In this document: positions 9,687-20,373 of the stretch, piece after piece
Numbering within the stretch: the stretch's first letter is position 1
Layout of the letters: the number at the start of each line of letters is the position of its first letter
DNA from: Kofleriaceae bacterium
Lineage (GTDB): Bacteria > Myxococcota_A > Polyangia > Haliangiales > Haliangiaceae
Length of the DNA stretch: 64,000 nucleotides
Assembly: GCA_018057825.1 (NCBI GenBank)
Contig: JAGPCY010000020.1
Coordinates: forward strand, 41,634 to 105,633
Direction of reading: 5' to 3'
The notes under the pieces: generated by a model
Told to the model about the DNA's origin: nothing
The model's database searches: none
What the model saw: the letters and a program-made list of their open reading frames with translations, nothing else
Translations under genes and position numbers: made by a program

Positions 9687-10850
9687 TCAGGTCTTGGGCT
9701 TGGCCTTGAGGACGACCTTGTTGTCGCGGATGACGACGTTCCACTCGACCGCCGAGGCCTTGTGCTGCTGCAGGATCTTCGGCCCCTGGCTCTCGACCGT
9801 GCGCACCAGCTTCTCGAAGGTCATGCCGTCGTTGCGATCGCCGACCACCTCGCGGGCCTTCATGTACTTCGCGTACAGCGCGCGCGCCGCGGCGTCGCTC
9901 ATGCCGCTCGAGGTCGAGGTCGAGGGCCCGCTCGGGCGCGCGCCCGGCGGCGGGCGCGGCGGCGCGGCGGCGGGGGAGGTCCGTGGCGGCGGTGGCGGGA
10001 CGCGGGGCGGCGGCGACGGTGGCGCCGCGGCGGGCGGCATGCGCGGCGGCGGGCTGGGGATGGTGTCGTGGCCGGCGCGCGGCGTTCGTGGGCGCGGCTC
10101 GTCGATCGCCGCCAGGGCCTCGTCGGCCAGGCTCGACAGCGCCGCAGCGATGTCGTCCTCGCCGACGTTGGTGAACGGATCGGTCGTGATCGACTTGGCG
10201 CGTGGCCGGGCCTCGGGCGGCGGCGCCGGGGCGCGGATCACCGCTGGCTGGCTGTCGCTGTCGACCGGCTCGGTCACCAGCTTGCGACGCTGGGCCTCGG
10301 CCAGGGCGTTGGCGCGATCGCGCTCGATCGCGTCGCGCATGCGCTTGGGCATCGCGGCCATGATCTCTTCTGGCAAGGCCTCGCCGGTGAGCTGGGCCTG
10401 ACGACGCAGCTTCGACAGGTTGCGCAGGTAGCGGCCGGCCTCGATGTCGCGCAGCGTCCGCTTCCAGTACGTGTTGTAGGCCCCGAACTTCTGCTGCAGC
10501 GTCGCGAACCGGTAGCGCAGCGCGGTGTTGCGGATCTGGAGCTGAGCGACGTCGCGCAGCCGGCGCTCGGCGTCGTTGTGCAGGTGCGACGGCGCCTGCT
10601 TCTGGATGCCCATGAAGTACTGCTCGTAGAGCACCTTCAAGCGGTCGATCAGCTTGTCGAGGGCGTCGAGCGCCTCCTCGATCTCGGCGGCCTTCTCCTC
10701 CGAGCTCTGGACCGACTTGGTGGCCACGTCCCCGCGAGCGTACCAGAGCCGCCGGGGCGCCGCGCCGGCGTTGCTTTCGGCAGCGGCGCGGGTGGCGCCT
10801 GGCCTGGCCAGCGACAGGGGCGGGGTCGCGATCTCGCCTACTTGCCCCAC
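9687..10850 (-). CDS. Myxobacteria-type conserved protein with coiled-coil N-terminus, Pro-rich linker and a conserved C-terminal domain (MXAN_5187-like C-terminus)
   Basis: The C-terminal domain (..AARALYAKYMKAREVVG..FEKLVRTVESQGPKILQQHK..VVLKAKPK) is coherent, and the central PPPRxPP linker is typical of myxobacterial proteins. The start is uncertain: the track start is a GTG at 10850, and an alternative GTG lies near 10727. Confidence 0.6.
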   Translation of the reverse strand: MGQVGEIATPPLSLARPGATRAAAESNAGAAPRRLWYARGDVATKSVQSSEEKAAEIEEALDALDKLIDRLKVLYEQYFMGIQKQAPSHLHNDAERRLRDVAQLQIRNTALRYRFATLQQKFGAYNTYWKRTLRDIEAGRYLRNLSKLRRQAQLTGEALPEEIMAAMPKRMRDAIERDRANALAEAQRRKLVTEPVDSDSQPAVIRAPAPPPEARPRAKSITTDPFTNVGEDDIAAALSSLADEALAAIDEPRPRTPRAGHDTIPSPPPRMPPAAAPPSPPPRVPPPPPRTSPAAAPPRPPPGARPSGPSTSTSSGMSDAAARALYAKYMKAREVVGDRNDGMTFEKLVRTVESQGPKILQQHKASAVEWNVVIRDNKVVLKAKPKT

Positions 10851-10888
10851 CTCCTCGGTGGTACGGCCCGTGCGTATGGCCGGCGGCG

Positions 10889-12280
10889 ATGGCTCGCTTG
10901 TCGCTCTGCATCCTGGTGTCGCTGGCCGCCTGCGCCGAGGTCCCCGAGGCCCCGGTGGCCGCCGAGGCGCCCCTGACCGGCGTCGATGGCGCCCGCGATC
11001 AGGCCGATCGCTCCTGCCACGTGGTCCTGCGCGACCTGGCCCGCCTGCGCAACGGCACCGGCGGCTACCAGACCGAGGGCAGCGCCTGGATCTGGGAGGG
11101 CGACGTCGAGCTGTCGAGCGCGGCTGCGGCCGAGGGCGCGACGGTCGGCGCGGTCTACCAGTACGGCTCGGATCCGACCTGGTACGAGGTGACCGCGACC
11201 CCCAGCGCGGTCGCCCCGACCGCCGGGTTCGCGCGCTACCGGCTGCGGCTCGATCACGGCCTGCCCGGGCCGGGCATGAGCGGCACCTCGCTGGCCACCG
11301 CCCGGGTCCAGGTCATGCCGTTCGCGCGCCTGGCGGGCGGCGGTCGGCTGTTCGATCACAACCGCATCCCCGGCGACTTCGACAACTACCTCCTGACCGC
11401 CAGCAACGACTTCGCGGTGACGCGCTCCGACGCGATCTGTCCGGAAGCCGGACCGAGCGCCCCGAGCCGGATCGTGTTCGCGGCCGATCACACCGTGACC
11501 CAGCACGGCGCCCTGGTCCCGGGCGGTCAGGTCCGCCTCGAGTACGACCCGGCGCGCCTGACGACCTGCCGCAACTCGCGCAACGGCTACGCGCTGTGGG
11601 ACCTCACCGCCCACCTGCGCTGGGACACCGGCGAGGGCCAGAGCAGCAGCATCCGCGACGGCGCGATCCTGGTGTCGATCCCGACCACCGCCCGCGGCCT
11701 CGAGGTGTGGTTCGAGAACACCGCGGTGCCCGGCTGCCAGGCCTGGGACTCCAACTACGGCGCCAACTACCGCTTCGCGCTCCTGACGCCGCCGTCATGG
11801 GTCGGCGCGGCGACCACCCGCATCTCGCGCGACTCGAGCGACCCGTGCGACGGCGGCGTCGACGCCGCCGCCGGCTTCAGCTTCGACACCTGGGCCCGCC
11901 AGCGGGCGGCGATCGCCAACCTGTGCTTCCGGGTGTGGTCGCCGGGCGTGACCGATCGCGACGACCCGGAGCTGTGGCGCAAGCTCGACGCCACCGTGCG
12001 CTGGCGGCCGCGCGGCACGACCGAGCCGCTGCGCTCGGTCTACGCCGACTTCGATCGTCGGGTCGGCAACGACGCCCGCTACACCGTCGGGCTGCGCGGG
12101 CTCGATCCGTTCCGGCCCTACCAGTGCCCGGCGGTGCCGACCACGCCAACTCCCGACGGCCAGTACCGGCGGGCCGAGCTCGAGTACGTGATCGTCGTGA
12201 ACGGCGTCGAGCTGCGGCCGGCGCCCGGCCAGTACTTCGTCGGCGGCTTCGTCGACTACCCGACCGCCGGCTGCCCGTGA
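10889..12280 (+). CDS. Hypothetical secreted lipoprotein (463 aa)
   Basis: Signal plus lipobox (MARLSLCILVSLAACA) and a long non-repetitive ORF with protein-like composition. It is divergent from the upstream gene. Confidence 0.7.
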   Translation: MARLSLCILVSLAACAEVPEAPVAAEAPLTGVDGARDQADRSCHVVLRDLARLRNGTGGYQTEGSAWIWEGDVELSSAAAAEGATVGAVYQYGSDPTWYEVTATPSAVAPTAGFARYRLRLDHGLPGPGMSGTSLATARVQVMPFARLAGGGRLFDHNRIPGDFDNYLLTASNDFAVTRSDAICPEAGPSAPSRIVFAADHTVTQHGALVPGGQVRLEYDPARLTTCRNSRNGYALWDLTAHLRWDTGEGQSSSIRDGAILVSIPTTARGLEVWFENTAVPGCQAWDSNYGANYRFALLTPPSWVGAATTRISRDSSDPCDGGVDAAAGFSFDTWARQRAAIANLCFRVWSPGVTDRDDPELWRKLDATVRWRPRGTTEPLRSVYADFDRRVGNDARYTVGLRGLDPFRPYQCPAVPTTPTPDGQYRRAELEYVIVVNGVELRPAPGQYFVGGFVDYPTAGCP

Positions 12281-12306
12281 CCGGCCCGCGGCGGTAGGGT
12301 CGAGGG

Positions 12307-12795
12307 ATGGAGCCCGCCGCGGCGCTCGTCGCCGCCCACCGCACCCTCGATGAGATCTTCGCTCGGTTCCGCGAGCTGGTCGTGCTGGGCGACGGCGACG
12401 GCGCGGCCGCGGTGCTGGGGGCGTATCGCGCGCTGACCGACGATCACGCCGCCGCCGAGGAGGCCCACCTGGTGCCCGGGCGCGGGGCGGCGGCGCGGTG
12501 GCCCGACGAGCTGTACCTCGGCCAGCACCGCAAGCTCCTGGCGGCGATCGACCGGGTCGCCGAGCGCCTGGTCGGGCTGACCGCCGGAGTCCCCGGCTGG
12601 CGCCGCCGCGTCCTCGCGGTCCTCGACGCCGCTGCGCCGCTCCATCACCTGGCCGAGCACCACCACGCTGCCGAGGAGCAGGACCTGTTCGTCACCGCCG
12701 CGCCGGCCGCGCTGGCCGCGGTCGCTGAGCGCTTCGCCGCGGCCCTGGCTGCCCAGGCCGCGATCTTGGCTGAGGCGGACGAGCGGCTGGGCTAG
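12307..12795 (+). CDS. Hemerythrin HHE cation-binding domain protein (putative)
   Basis: The spacing of H..HxxxE and HHLAEHHHAAEE segments is consistent with a hemerythrin-like metal site. Confidence 0.5.
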   Translation: MEPAAALVAAHRTLDEIFARFRELVVLGDGDGAAAVLGAYRALTDDHAAAEEAHLVPGRGAAARWPDELYLGQHRKLLAAIDRVAERLVGLTAGVPGWRRRVLAVLDAAAPLHHLAEHHHAAEEQDLFVTAAPAALAAVAERFAAALAAQAAILAEADERLG

Positions 12796-12796
12796 T

Positions 12797-12972
<176 letters not shown>

Positions 12973-13046
12973 GGGGCTGGCGGTGCCCGGAGCCAACCCG
13001 CCCTCGACCGCCGCCGACGATCCGTGGTAACGCCGCCGCGGTCGCG

Positions 13047-14684
13047 ATGTCCTTCGTCTACTTCCTGCTCCTGGTCGGCGTGCTCGTGATCATCCACGAG
13101 TTCGGCCACTTCGTCGCGGCCAAGCTGCTCGACGTCCGGGTGCTGCGGTTCTCGATCGGCTACGGCCGGCCGCTGTTCCGCATCAAGGGCGCCGAGACCG
13201 AATACCAGCTCGCGGTGTTCCCCGTCGGTGGCTACGTCCGCATCCTCGGGGTCGACGACGCCCCCGACGCCGAGGCGCGGGACCGCGGCCGCTCGTTCGC
13301 CAACCGGCCGCTGTGGCAGCGCCTGGTGATCATCTTCGCCGGGCCGGCCGCCAACCTGATCTTGCCGGTCTTGATCTACTTCGTGTTCTTTGCCGGCCAC
13401 ACCGAGCTGCCGGCGGCGGTGGTCGGCGACGTCTTCGAGGACTCGCCGGCGGCCCGGGCCGGGATCGCGTCGGGCGACACCGTGCTGGCGGTCGACGGCA
13501 AGAGCGTCCGCTACTGGGAGGAGCTCGAGCGCGCGATCCGGGCCCGCGGCGGCGACGAGGTCACCCTCAAGCTGCAGCGCGGCGCCCGGGTGTTCGAGAA
13601 GTACGTCGTGCCGATCGCCGACGTCGTGCGCAAGCGCGACGGCCAGGTCTCGGCCCAGGGACGGATCGGCATCACCCGCGCGCCCTTCGTGCCGCTGGTC
13701 GGCATCATCGATCCGGGTTCGCCGGCCGGGCGGGCCGGCATGATCACCGGCGACTTGATCGTCAACATCGACGGCCGACCGGTCGAGAACTGGAGCGGCG
13801 TCGCGGCCGGTCTCGGCGGTGGCGCGCGCCGCACCAACATCGTCTACCTGCGCGGCACCGAGGTCCCAGGCGTGCCGCAGGTCCGCCTGCTCGAGGCCCG
13901 GTTCGCCGACCTGATGCCCGAGACCCGCCTCGACGCCACCCTCGGCCGGACCGCCTACACCGGGCTGGAGAACGCCGAGATGTTCGTCGCCCACGTCGAC
14001 CCGGGCACGCCGGCCGACCTGGCCGGCCTGCGGCGCGGCGATCTCATCACCGCGGTCGATGGCCAGGTGGTGAAGCACTGGGCGCTGCTCGATCAGAAGC
14101 TCCTGTCGGATCCCGGCCGGACCTGGACCATCAGCTGGCGGCGGACCCAGGACGGCAAGGTCGTCGAGCGCTCGGCCCAGCTCACCCAGGTGTGGCGCAA
14201 GGAACTCGATCAGTACGGGCACACCGTCGAGCGCCTGGTCCTGGGCGCGCGCAACGACGTCGAGCGTGGCCAGGGCAAGCTGGTGCCGATCGACGGTCGG
14301 TTCGGCTACGCGGTGTCGAAGGCGGTCGAGCGCACCGGCGAGACGATCGCGCTCATGGCCGCCGGGTTCGCGGGCGTGCTGAAGGGCGACAAGCCGAGCG
14401 AGAGCCTGGGCGGGCCGCTGACGATGTATCGCGTGGCGTCGGTGAGCGGCGAGCAGGGCTGGGATAGCTTCCTCCTGCTCCTGGCGCTCATCAGCGTCAA
14501 CCTCGGCCTCCTCAACCTGCTGCCGGTCCCGGTCCTCGACGGTGGCCACGTCGTCGTGTTCGCGATCGAGGCGGTGCGCCGCCGCCCGCTGTCGGATCGA
14601 GCGCGGGAGCGGATCCAGTCGGCCGGTCTGGCGCTGATCGGCCTGATCACGCTCCTGGCGCTCACCAACGACCTGGTCAACTGA
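13047..14684 (+). CDS. rseP: Site-2 protease RseP (M50 zinc metalloprotease with PDZ domains)
   Basis: MSFVYFLLLVGVLVIIHEFGHF (HExxH within TM1), PDZ-like repeats, and the C-terminal LLNLLPVPVLDGGH motif. Confidence 0.9.
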   Translation: MSFVYFLLLVGVLVIIHEFGHFVAAKLLDVRVLRFSIGYGRPLFRIKGAETEYQLAVFPVGGYVRILGVDDAPDAEARDRGRSFANRPLWQRLVIIFAGPAANLILPVLIYFVFFAGHTELPAAVVGDVFEDSPAARAGIASGDTVLAVDGKSVRYWEELERAIRARGGDEVTLKLQRGARVFEKYVVPIADVVRKRDGQVSAQGRIGITRAPFVPLVGIIDPGSPAGRAGMITGDLIVNIDGRPVENWSGVAAGLGGGARRTNIVYLRGTEVPGVPQVRLLEARFADLMPETRLDATLGRTAYTGLENAEMFVAHVDPGTPADLAGLRRGDLITAVDGQVVKHWALLDQKLLSDPGRTWTISWRRTQDGKVVERSAQLTQVWRKELDQYGHTVERLVLGARNDVERGQGKLVPIDGRFGYAVSKAVERTGETIALMAAGFAGVLKGDKPSESLGGPLTMYRVASVSGEQGWDSFLLLLALISVNLGLLNLLPVPVLDGGHVVVFAIEAVRRRPLSDRARERIQSAGLALIGLITLLALTNDLVN

Positions 14685-14715
14685 TGTGCCCCTGTCACCT
14701 GCCGTCGGTCACCTG

Positions 14716-15423
14716 ATGCGGATCTTGGCCCTCGACACCTCGACCCTGACCGGGAGCGTCGCCGTGGTCGACGGCGACGGGCGGGCGCTCGCCGCGATCG
14801 GCGGTGACCCGAGCGCGCCTAGCGATCGCGTCGTGACGCTGTGCCAGGCCGCGCTGGCGGAGGCCGGGCTCGCCGCCCGCGACCTCGACGCGATCGCGGT
14901 CGGCGCCGGGCCGGGCTCGTTCACCGGCCTGCGCATCGGCCTGGCCACCGGCAAAGGCCTGGCCTACGCGATCGCCCGGCCGCTGTGGCTGGTGTCATCG
15001 CTGGCCGCCCTGGCCCACGACCTCGCGGTCGATGAGGGCGCGCTGATCGTGCCGGTCCTCGACGCCCGGCGCGGCGAGGTGTACGCCGGCTTCTACCGCC
15101 AGGTCGGCGCGACCCGGGTCGCGGTCGCGCCCGAGGTGGTGCTGCCGCCGACCGCGCTGGCGGACGCGATCGCCGCGGTCGCAGTCGACGCCCACGTCGT
15201 CGGCGACGCGCTCGACGTCCACGCCTCTGCGCTGGCCGCGCTGCCGGCGACCGTGGTCGTCCACCGCGACGGTCCACGCACCCCGTCGGCGCTCGGGGTC
15301 GCGCGCGCGGCGCTGGCCGGCGACCGCCGCGATCGCCTGCGCGACGGCGCCCCGACCTACATCCGGCCGTCGGAGGCCGAGGTCAAGTACCCCGACGGGG
15401 TGCCGGGCGCGCTGCGCCGCTGA
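14716..15423 (+). CDS. tsaB: tRNA threonylcarbamoyladenosine biosynthesis protein TsaB (YeaZ)
   Basis: [45 protein letters not shown] is a TsaB/YeaZ signature. The internal ATG lies within track ORF 14686..15423. Confidence 0.85.
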   Translation: MRILALDTSTLTGSVAVVDGDGRALAAIGGDPSAPSDRVVTLCQAALAEAGLAARDLDAIAVGAGPGSFTGLRIGLATGKGLAYAIARPLWLVSSLAALAHDLAVDEGALIVPVLDARRGEVYAGFYRQVGATRVAVAPEVVLPPTALADAIAAVAVDAHVVGDALDVHASALAALPATVVVHRDGPRTPSALGVARAALAGDRRDRLRDGAPTYIRPSEAEVKYPDGVPGALRR

Positions 15424-15491
15424 CCGGTGCCGCGGTCGCGTCGACGGTTGCGCCGACCGCGGCCTGGCCGTAGCGTAGATCCAGGCCGCTG

Positions 15492-15713
15492 GTGCGGCCG
15501 GAGCACGACGTGAACCTACCGGATCCGGCTGGTCCGCTCTCCCTCGATGATCTGGTCGCCGAGCACCGGCGCCTCGACGAGCGCTTGCGCGCGTTGGCGG
15601 CCCAGCGCTCGCTGACCGCCGCCGAGCAGGTCGAGTACGCGCTCTTGAAGAAGCAGAAGCTCCGGGCCAAGGATCAGATCGCCCGGCTGCAAGCGGCCGA
15701 GCGCCGCGCGTGA
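15492..15713 (+). CDS. DUF465 (YdcH-like) small coiled-coil protein
   Basis: ..LVAEHRRLDERLRAL..LTAAEQVEYALLKKQKLRAKDQIARL matches the YdcH/DUF465 pattern. Its stop overlaps the start of the next gene (ATGA). Confidence 0.65.
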   Translation: MRPEHDVNLPDPAGPLSLDDLVAEHRRLDERLRALAAQRSLTAAEQVEYALLKKQKLRAKDQIARLQAAERRA

Positions 15714-16189
15714 CCGCCGGGCCGGCGCCGGCGCCGCTGCCGCCCGAGGTCCTCGAGCGTCTGCGCACGATCGGGCTGCGGATCGACGGCGCCGGCGGGC
15801 TGTGGCACCAGGGCTCGCCGATCGTCCACCTCGGGCTGCGCCAGGCGATCTTGCGCTGGCTCGACGTCCGCGACGACGGCCGGGTGATCGTGCGGCTCGA
15901 CGACGTCCGCTACGCCTACGTCGACGTCGACGACACGCCGCTGCGGGTGACCGCGATCCGCTGGGTCGACGGCGCGCCCGTGGCCCACACCGACGACGGC
16001 CAGGTCGAGCCCCTCGACCTGGCGACCGTGACGGTCGATCCCGATCAACGCGCGCGCTGTCGGGTCCGCGGCGGGCGCCTCGAGGCGCGGCTCACCAGCC
16101 CCGCCCACCAGGTGCTGTTCGCCCGGCTCGAGGCCGACGGCGACGCCCTGGGCCTGCGGGTCGGCGACCGGTTCTGGCCGCTGGGGTAG
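15710..16189 (+). CDS. Conserved hypothetical protein (DUF1285-like)
   Basis: Translationally coupled to the DUF465 gene, with a ..LWHQGSPIVHLGLRQAILRWL.. segment reminiscent of DUF1285. Confidence 0.5.
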   Translation: MTAGPAPAPLPPEVLERLRTIGLRIDGAGGLWHQGSPIVHLGLRQAILRWLDVRDDGRVIVRLDDVRYAYVDVDDTPLRVTAIRWVDGAPVAHTDDGQVEPLDLATVTVDPDQRARCRVRGGRLEARLTSPAHQVLFARLEADGDALGLRVGDRFWPLG

Positions 16190-16234
16190 CGCGACCCGAT
16201 CGCGCGTGCCCCGCGCCCGCGCAGCGCTGGGCCC

Positions 16235-17371
16235 TCAGTCGGTGAATACGACCAGCCAGGCGACCTGGAGATCGCCGTTGCGCGCCACCAGGCCGACCCG
16301 ATCGTTGTGGCTGGCGGCCGACATCGCCGGGCTGGTGGTGGTGCTGGACCCGACCGCGACGCAGGACATGCTCGTGCGGCGCTGGAGGCCGAGCTCGCGC
16401 AGAGCGGTCAGCGGCCACGGCAGCGCCGACAGGTTCATCGCCGCGATGGTGGTGCCGCTGAGGGTGAGCCGCGCGAGGTTGACCGTGGTCCCCGGCCCGA
16501 CGTCGACCCGGACGCCGCAGCCCTCGCCGGAGCCGGCCGGGTAGTCGATCGGCGCCAGCAGGCCAGCGTGGGCCGGGGTCGTGGCGTTCATGAAGGTGGT
16601 CGCCGCCTGGACGTAGATCGTGCGGCCCGGCGCGCTCGGCACCGAACGCCACGTCACCGCGTCGGTCGTGGCGCGCACCGTCAGCGCGCCGAGCACGGTC
16701 GACCACGGCCCGCTGCCGACCGTCCACCCGGGCGGCACGCCGAGCGAGGTGCCGATGAAGGCGTCGAAGGATAGGAGGCGGCTGCCGGCGGTGGCCGGCG
16801 TGGGATCGCAGGCGTCGCCCAGGTCGTCGCCGTCGCCGTTGCGTTGGTCGGCGTTGCTGAGGTGCGGACAGGTGTCACACACGTCGCCGTCGGCGTCGCC
16901 GTCCTCGTCGGCCTGGTCGCGGTTTGGGCGATCGGGACAGTTGTCGCTGGCGTCGAGGACGCCGTCGGCGTCGCGATCGTTGGGTGGGGCGTCGACCGGG
17001 CTGGCGTCGGCGGTCGCGGCGTCGGCGGGGCGGGCGTCGGTGGTCGCAGCGTCGGCGGGGCGGGCGTCGATCACGGCGGCGTCGACCGCGCGGGCGTCGA
17101 TCAACACGTCGCTGCCGTCGGGCCCGGCGGCGTCGATCACGGCGGCGTCGTCGGCGGCGCCGTCGAGCACCGCGGCGTCGACCACGCACTGCCCGGCCAG
17201 GTCGCCGGCGCCGGCGCCGTAGCGGCGGCAGTCGTCGCTGGCGAAGCTGCAGTAGCCGTTGGCCTCGCAGACGCCGTCGCCGCAGTCGGTGCTCGACGTG
17301 CAGCGATGGCTGTCGGGGCCGAAGCAAGCGGCGAGCGCCGCAGCGACGACGAGCGCGATCGGCCGGACCAC
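16235..17371 (-). CDS. Secreted protein with thrombospondin type-3 (calcium-binding) repeats and DAAVIDA tandem repeats
   Basis: N-terminal signal, Cys-rich segment, then DADGVLDASDNCPDRPNRDQADEDGDADGDVCDTCP, which is a TSP3-like repeat. Confidence 0.7.
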   Translation of the reverse strand: MVRPIALVVAAALAACFGPDSHRCTSSTDCGDGVCEANGYCSFASDDCRRYGAGAGDLAGQCVVDAAVLDGAADDAAVIDAAGPDGSDVLIDARAVDAAVIDARPADAATTDARPADAATADASPVDAPPNDRDADGVLDASDNCPDRPNRDQADEDGDADGDVCDTCPHLSNADQRNGDGDDLGDACDPTPATAGSRLLSFDAFIGTSLGVPPGWTVGSGPWSTVLGALTVRATTDAVTWRSVPSAPGRTIYVQAATTFMNATTPAHAGLLAPIDYPAGSGEGCGVRVDVGPGTTVNLARLTLSGTTIAAMNLSALPWPLTALRELGLQRRTSMSCVAVGSSTTTSPAMSAASHNDRVGLVARNGDLQVAWLVVFTD

Positions 17372-17458
17372 GGCACGATTCTAGCGCGGTTCGTCGACCG
17401 GCGTCCGTGCAACCGCGCCCGTGTTCTAGAGTCTGGGCAACACCCACCCCGAGGTCCC

Positions 17459-20314
17459 ATGGTCCGCCGCTCCGTCCTCGCCGCCCTCGCGCTGTCGCTC
17501 GCGTGTTCGTCTCCCAGCCCCCCGCGGCCGCGCCCGCCCGGCCCTGACCCGGTGACGCCCGCGGCGGTCGCGCCGACGCCGCCGCCCGCGGCCGAGGGCC
17601 CGGCGCCGCTGTGGCCCCACGTCCGGTCCGGCAAGCTGGCCAACGGCCTCACCTACTACGTGATGCCGCACCACCAGCCCGAGAAGCGGGTGTCGCTGTG
17701 GCTGGCGGTCAACGCCGGCTCGCTGCAGGAGGACGACGATCAGCAGGGCCTGGCTCACTTCGTCGAGCACATGGCCTTCAACGGCACCGCCAAGTACCCC
17801 AAGCAGGCGATCATCGACTACCTCGAGAAGATCGGCATGGAGTTCGGGCCAGACGTCAACGCGTACACGTCGTTCGACGAGACCGTCTACATGCTCCAGG
17901 TCCCGACCGACGATCCCAGCTTCGTCGCCACCGGTCTCGACATCCTCCGGCAGTGGGCCGGGGCGATCAGCTTCGAGCCGGTCGAGGTCGACAAGGAGCG
18001 CGGCGTGGTCCTCGAGGAGTGGCGCCTCGGCCGCGGCGCCGACGAGCGGATCTTCGACAAGCAGGCCCCGGTCTTGTTCGGCGGCACCCGCTACGCCGAC
18101 CGCCTGCCGATCGGTAAGCCCGAGATCATCACCAAGGGCTCGCGCGACGCCGCGCTGCGCTTCTACCGCGACTGGTACCGCCCTGAGCTGATGGCGGTGA
18201 TCGTCGTCGGCGACGTCACCCCCGACGCGATCGTCCCACAGGTCGAGCGCCTGTTCGGCGACCTGACCAACCCGACGACCGCGCGGCCGCGGCCGGGCGG
18301 CGGCGCGCTGGCCGGCGGCGACGTCCGGATCGCGATCGACACCGACGCCGAGCTGCGCCGGACCTCGATCGAGCTGTCGGCGCTGTTCCCGCGTCGCCGC
18401 GAGAGCCACCGCTCCGACTATCGGCGGTTCGTGATCGACGGCCTGTACCATCAGATGTTCGGGGCCCGGCTGGCCAAGCTGGCGCGTCGGCCCGACGCGC
18501 CGTTCGTGATGGCGTTCTCGTCGACCGGCGCGGCGACCCGCGAGTTCGAGTCCTACGGACGGACCGTGTTCGCCAAGGATGGCCAGACCATGGCCGCCCT
18601 CGAGGTCCTGATCGGTGAGGAGGTGCGCGTGGCCCGCCACGGCTTCACCGCCGGCGAGCTCGCGCGGGCCAAGCTGGCCTACGCCAACCGCGCCGCGGTC
18701 AGCGCCGCCGAGTGGGATCAAGAGGACGCCAGCGAGTACGCGAGCGAGCTGACCCGTCACTTCTTCGAGCAGGAGATCGTGATCGGTCGGGTCGCCGAGG
18801 AGGCCCTGGCCGCCGAGGCCCTGCCGACGATCACCCTCGACGAGGTCTCCCGCGCGGCCGCTGAGTGGACCACCGGCGCGACCCAGACGATCGCGATCGC
18901 GGCGCCAGCCGACGCCAAGGGCGTGCCGACCGCGGCCGAGGTCCGGGCCCGGGTCGCCGCGGTCATGGCCCGGCCGACCGAGCCGTGGCCCGAGGAGCCG
19001 ACCCCGACCTCGCTCCTGGCGACCGCGCCGACCCCAGGCAAGATCGTCGCCGAGACCCCGGCCGATCAGCTCGACGTGATCCGCTGGACGCTGTCGAACG
19101 GCGCCAAGGTCGTGCTCCGGCCGACCACCTTCGACAACCAGAAGGTCGTGCTCAGCGCGATCAGCACCGGCGGCACCGCGCAGTGGAGCGACGCCCGGTT
19201 CGCCAAGGCCCGCCTGGTCGACGCGGCGATCGACGAGCTCGGGGTCGGCGCCCTGACCGCCGATCAGGTCGAGCAGTACCTGGCCGACAAGGCGGTGGCG
19301 GTGTGGCCCTACCTCGGCGAGCAGGCCGAGGGCCTCGGTGGCCAGGCCGCGACCGACGACCTGCCGACCTTGCTCGAGCTCGTCCACGCCAAGATGGTCG
19401 CGCCGCGCCGCGACCCCGAGGCCTTCGCCGCCTGGCAGACCGGGCGCGCTGAGCTGGTGGCCCGGCGCCTGGCCATGCCCGAGGTCGTCTTCGGCGACGA
19501 GCTCGGCGCGACCCTGTCGGGCGGCCACCGCCGCTATCGGCCGGTGACCGCGGCCGACATCCTGGCCCTCGACCTCGACGAGTCGCTGGCCGCCTGGCGC
19601 GATCGCTTCGGCGACGCTGGCGACTTCACGTTCGTGTTCACCGGCAACCTCGATCCGGCGACGCTGCGACCGCTGGTCGAGCGCTACCTGGCCAGCCTCC
19701 CGGCCACCGGCCGCCGCGAGGCCACGGTCGACCTCAAGGTCCGGCGCCCCAAGGGCGTCGTGCGCAAGGTGGTCAAGCGCGGCGTCGAGCCCAAGGCGGT
19801 GGTGCAGCTCACCTTCCACGGCGACGCCGCGTGGTCGCGCGCGGCCCGGCGCGACCTCGAGTTCCTCGCGGGGGTCCTCGACATCCGCCTGCGCGAGATC
19901 CTGCGCGAGGACCTGGGCGGAGTCTACGGCGTCGGAGTCTACGGCTGGATCGACCGGGTGCCGCCGAGCGAGCGGTCGTTCATCGTCCGCTTCGGCTGCG
20001 CGCCCGAGAACGTCGCGACGCTCGAGGACGCGGTCATGAAGGAGATCGCGCGGCTGCAACGCGACGGCGTCGACCCGTCGTACGTGGCCAAGGTCAGCGA
20101 GACCAAGCGCCGGGCCCACGAGGTCGCGCTCACCACGAACGACTACTGGGCCGACCTCCTGGCCGAGACCGCGCTGTGGAACGAGGACCCCCAGGTCGAG
20201 CTGTCGAGCGACGCCGAGGCCGGCGCGGTCGACGCCGCCGCGGTCAAGGCCGCGGCCCGGCGCTACCTCGACCCCAAGCGGCGGGTGGTCGGCGTGCTCC
20301 TGCCGGCCAAGTGA
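17459..20314 (+). CDS. M16-family zinc peptidase (pitrilysin/insulinase-like, tandem two-domain)
   Basis: Inverted zinc motif HFVEHMAFNGT (HxxEH) after a signal/lipoprotein-like N-terminus. At about 950 aa it is typical for fused M16 proteases. The ATG at 17459 is in the frame of track ORF 16844..20314. Confidence 0.85.
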   Translation: MVRRSVLAALALSLACSSPSPPRPRPPGPDPVTPAAVAPTPPPAAEGPAPLWPHVRSGKLANGLTYYVMPHHQPEKRVSLWLAVNAGSLQEDDDQQGLAHFVEHMAFNGTAKYPKQAIIDYLEKIGMEFGPDVNAYTSFDETVYMLQVPTDDPSFVATGLDILRQWAGAISFEPVEVDKERGVVLEEWRLGRGADERIFDKQAPVLFGGTRYADRLPIGKPEIITKGSRDAALRFYRDWYRPELMAVIVVGDVTPDAIVPQVERLFGDLTNPTTARPRPGGGALAGGDVRIAIDTDAELRRTSIELSALFPRRRESHRSDYRRFVIDGLYHQMFGARLAKLARRPDAPFVMAFSSTGAATREFESYGRTVFAKDGQTMAALEVLIGEEVRVARHGFTAGELARAKLAYANRAAVSAAEWDQEDASEYASELTRHFFEQEIVIGRVAEEALAAEALPTITLDEVSRAAAEWTTGATQTIAIAAPADAKGVPTAAEVRARVAAVMARPTEPWPEEPTPTSLLATAPTPGKIVAETPADQLDVIRWTLSNGAKVVLRPTTFDNQKVVLSAISTGGTAQWSDARFAKARLVDAAIDELGVGALTADQVEQYLADKAVAVWPYLGEQAEGLGGQAATDDLPTLLELVHAKMVAPRRDPEAFAAWQTGRAELVARRLAMPEVVFGDELGATLSGGHRRYRPVTAADILALDLDESLAAWRDRFGDAGDFTFVFTGNLDPATLRPLVERYLASLPATGRREATVDLKVRRPKGVVRKVVKRGVEPKAVVQLTFHGDAAWSRAARRDLEFLAGVLDIRLREILREDLGGVYGVGVYGWIDRVPPSERSFIVRFGCAPENVATLEDAVMKEIARLQRDGVDPSYVAKVSETKRRAHEVALTTNDYWADLLAETALWNEDPQVELSSDAEAGAVDAAAVKAAARRYLDPKRRVVGVLLPAK

Positions 20315-20373
20315 CGCCCGGGATCCCCGCGCGATCGGGTGACTTGATCGCGCGCCGGCCCTAAGGTGCGGCA

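Noticed and set aside
7615-10401. 928-aa + strand ORF
   Set aside because: It is antisense to two well-supported minus-strand genes (AgmX-like and the conserved myxobacterial protein). Its translation is Gly/Arg/Ala junk, typical of high-GC antisense frames.
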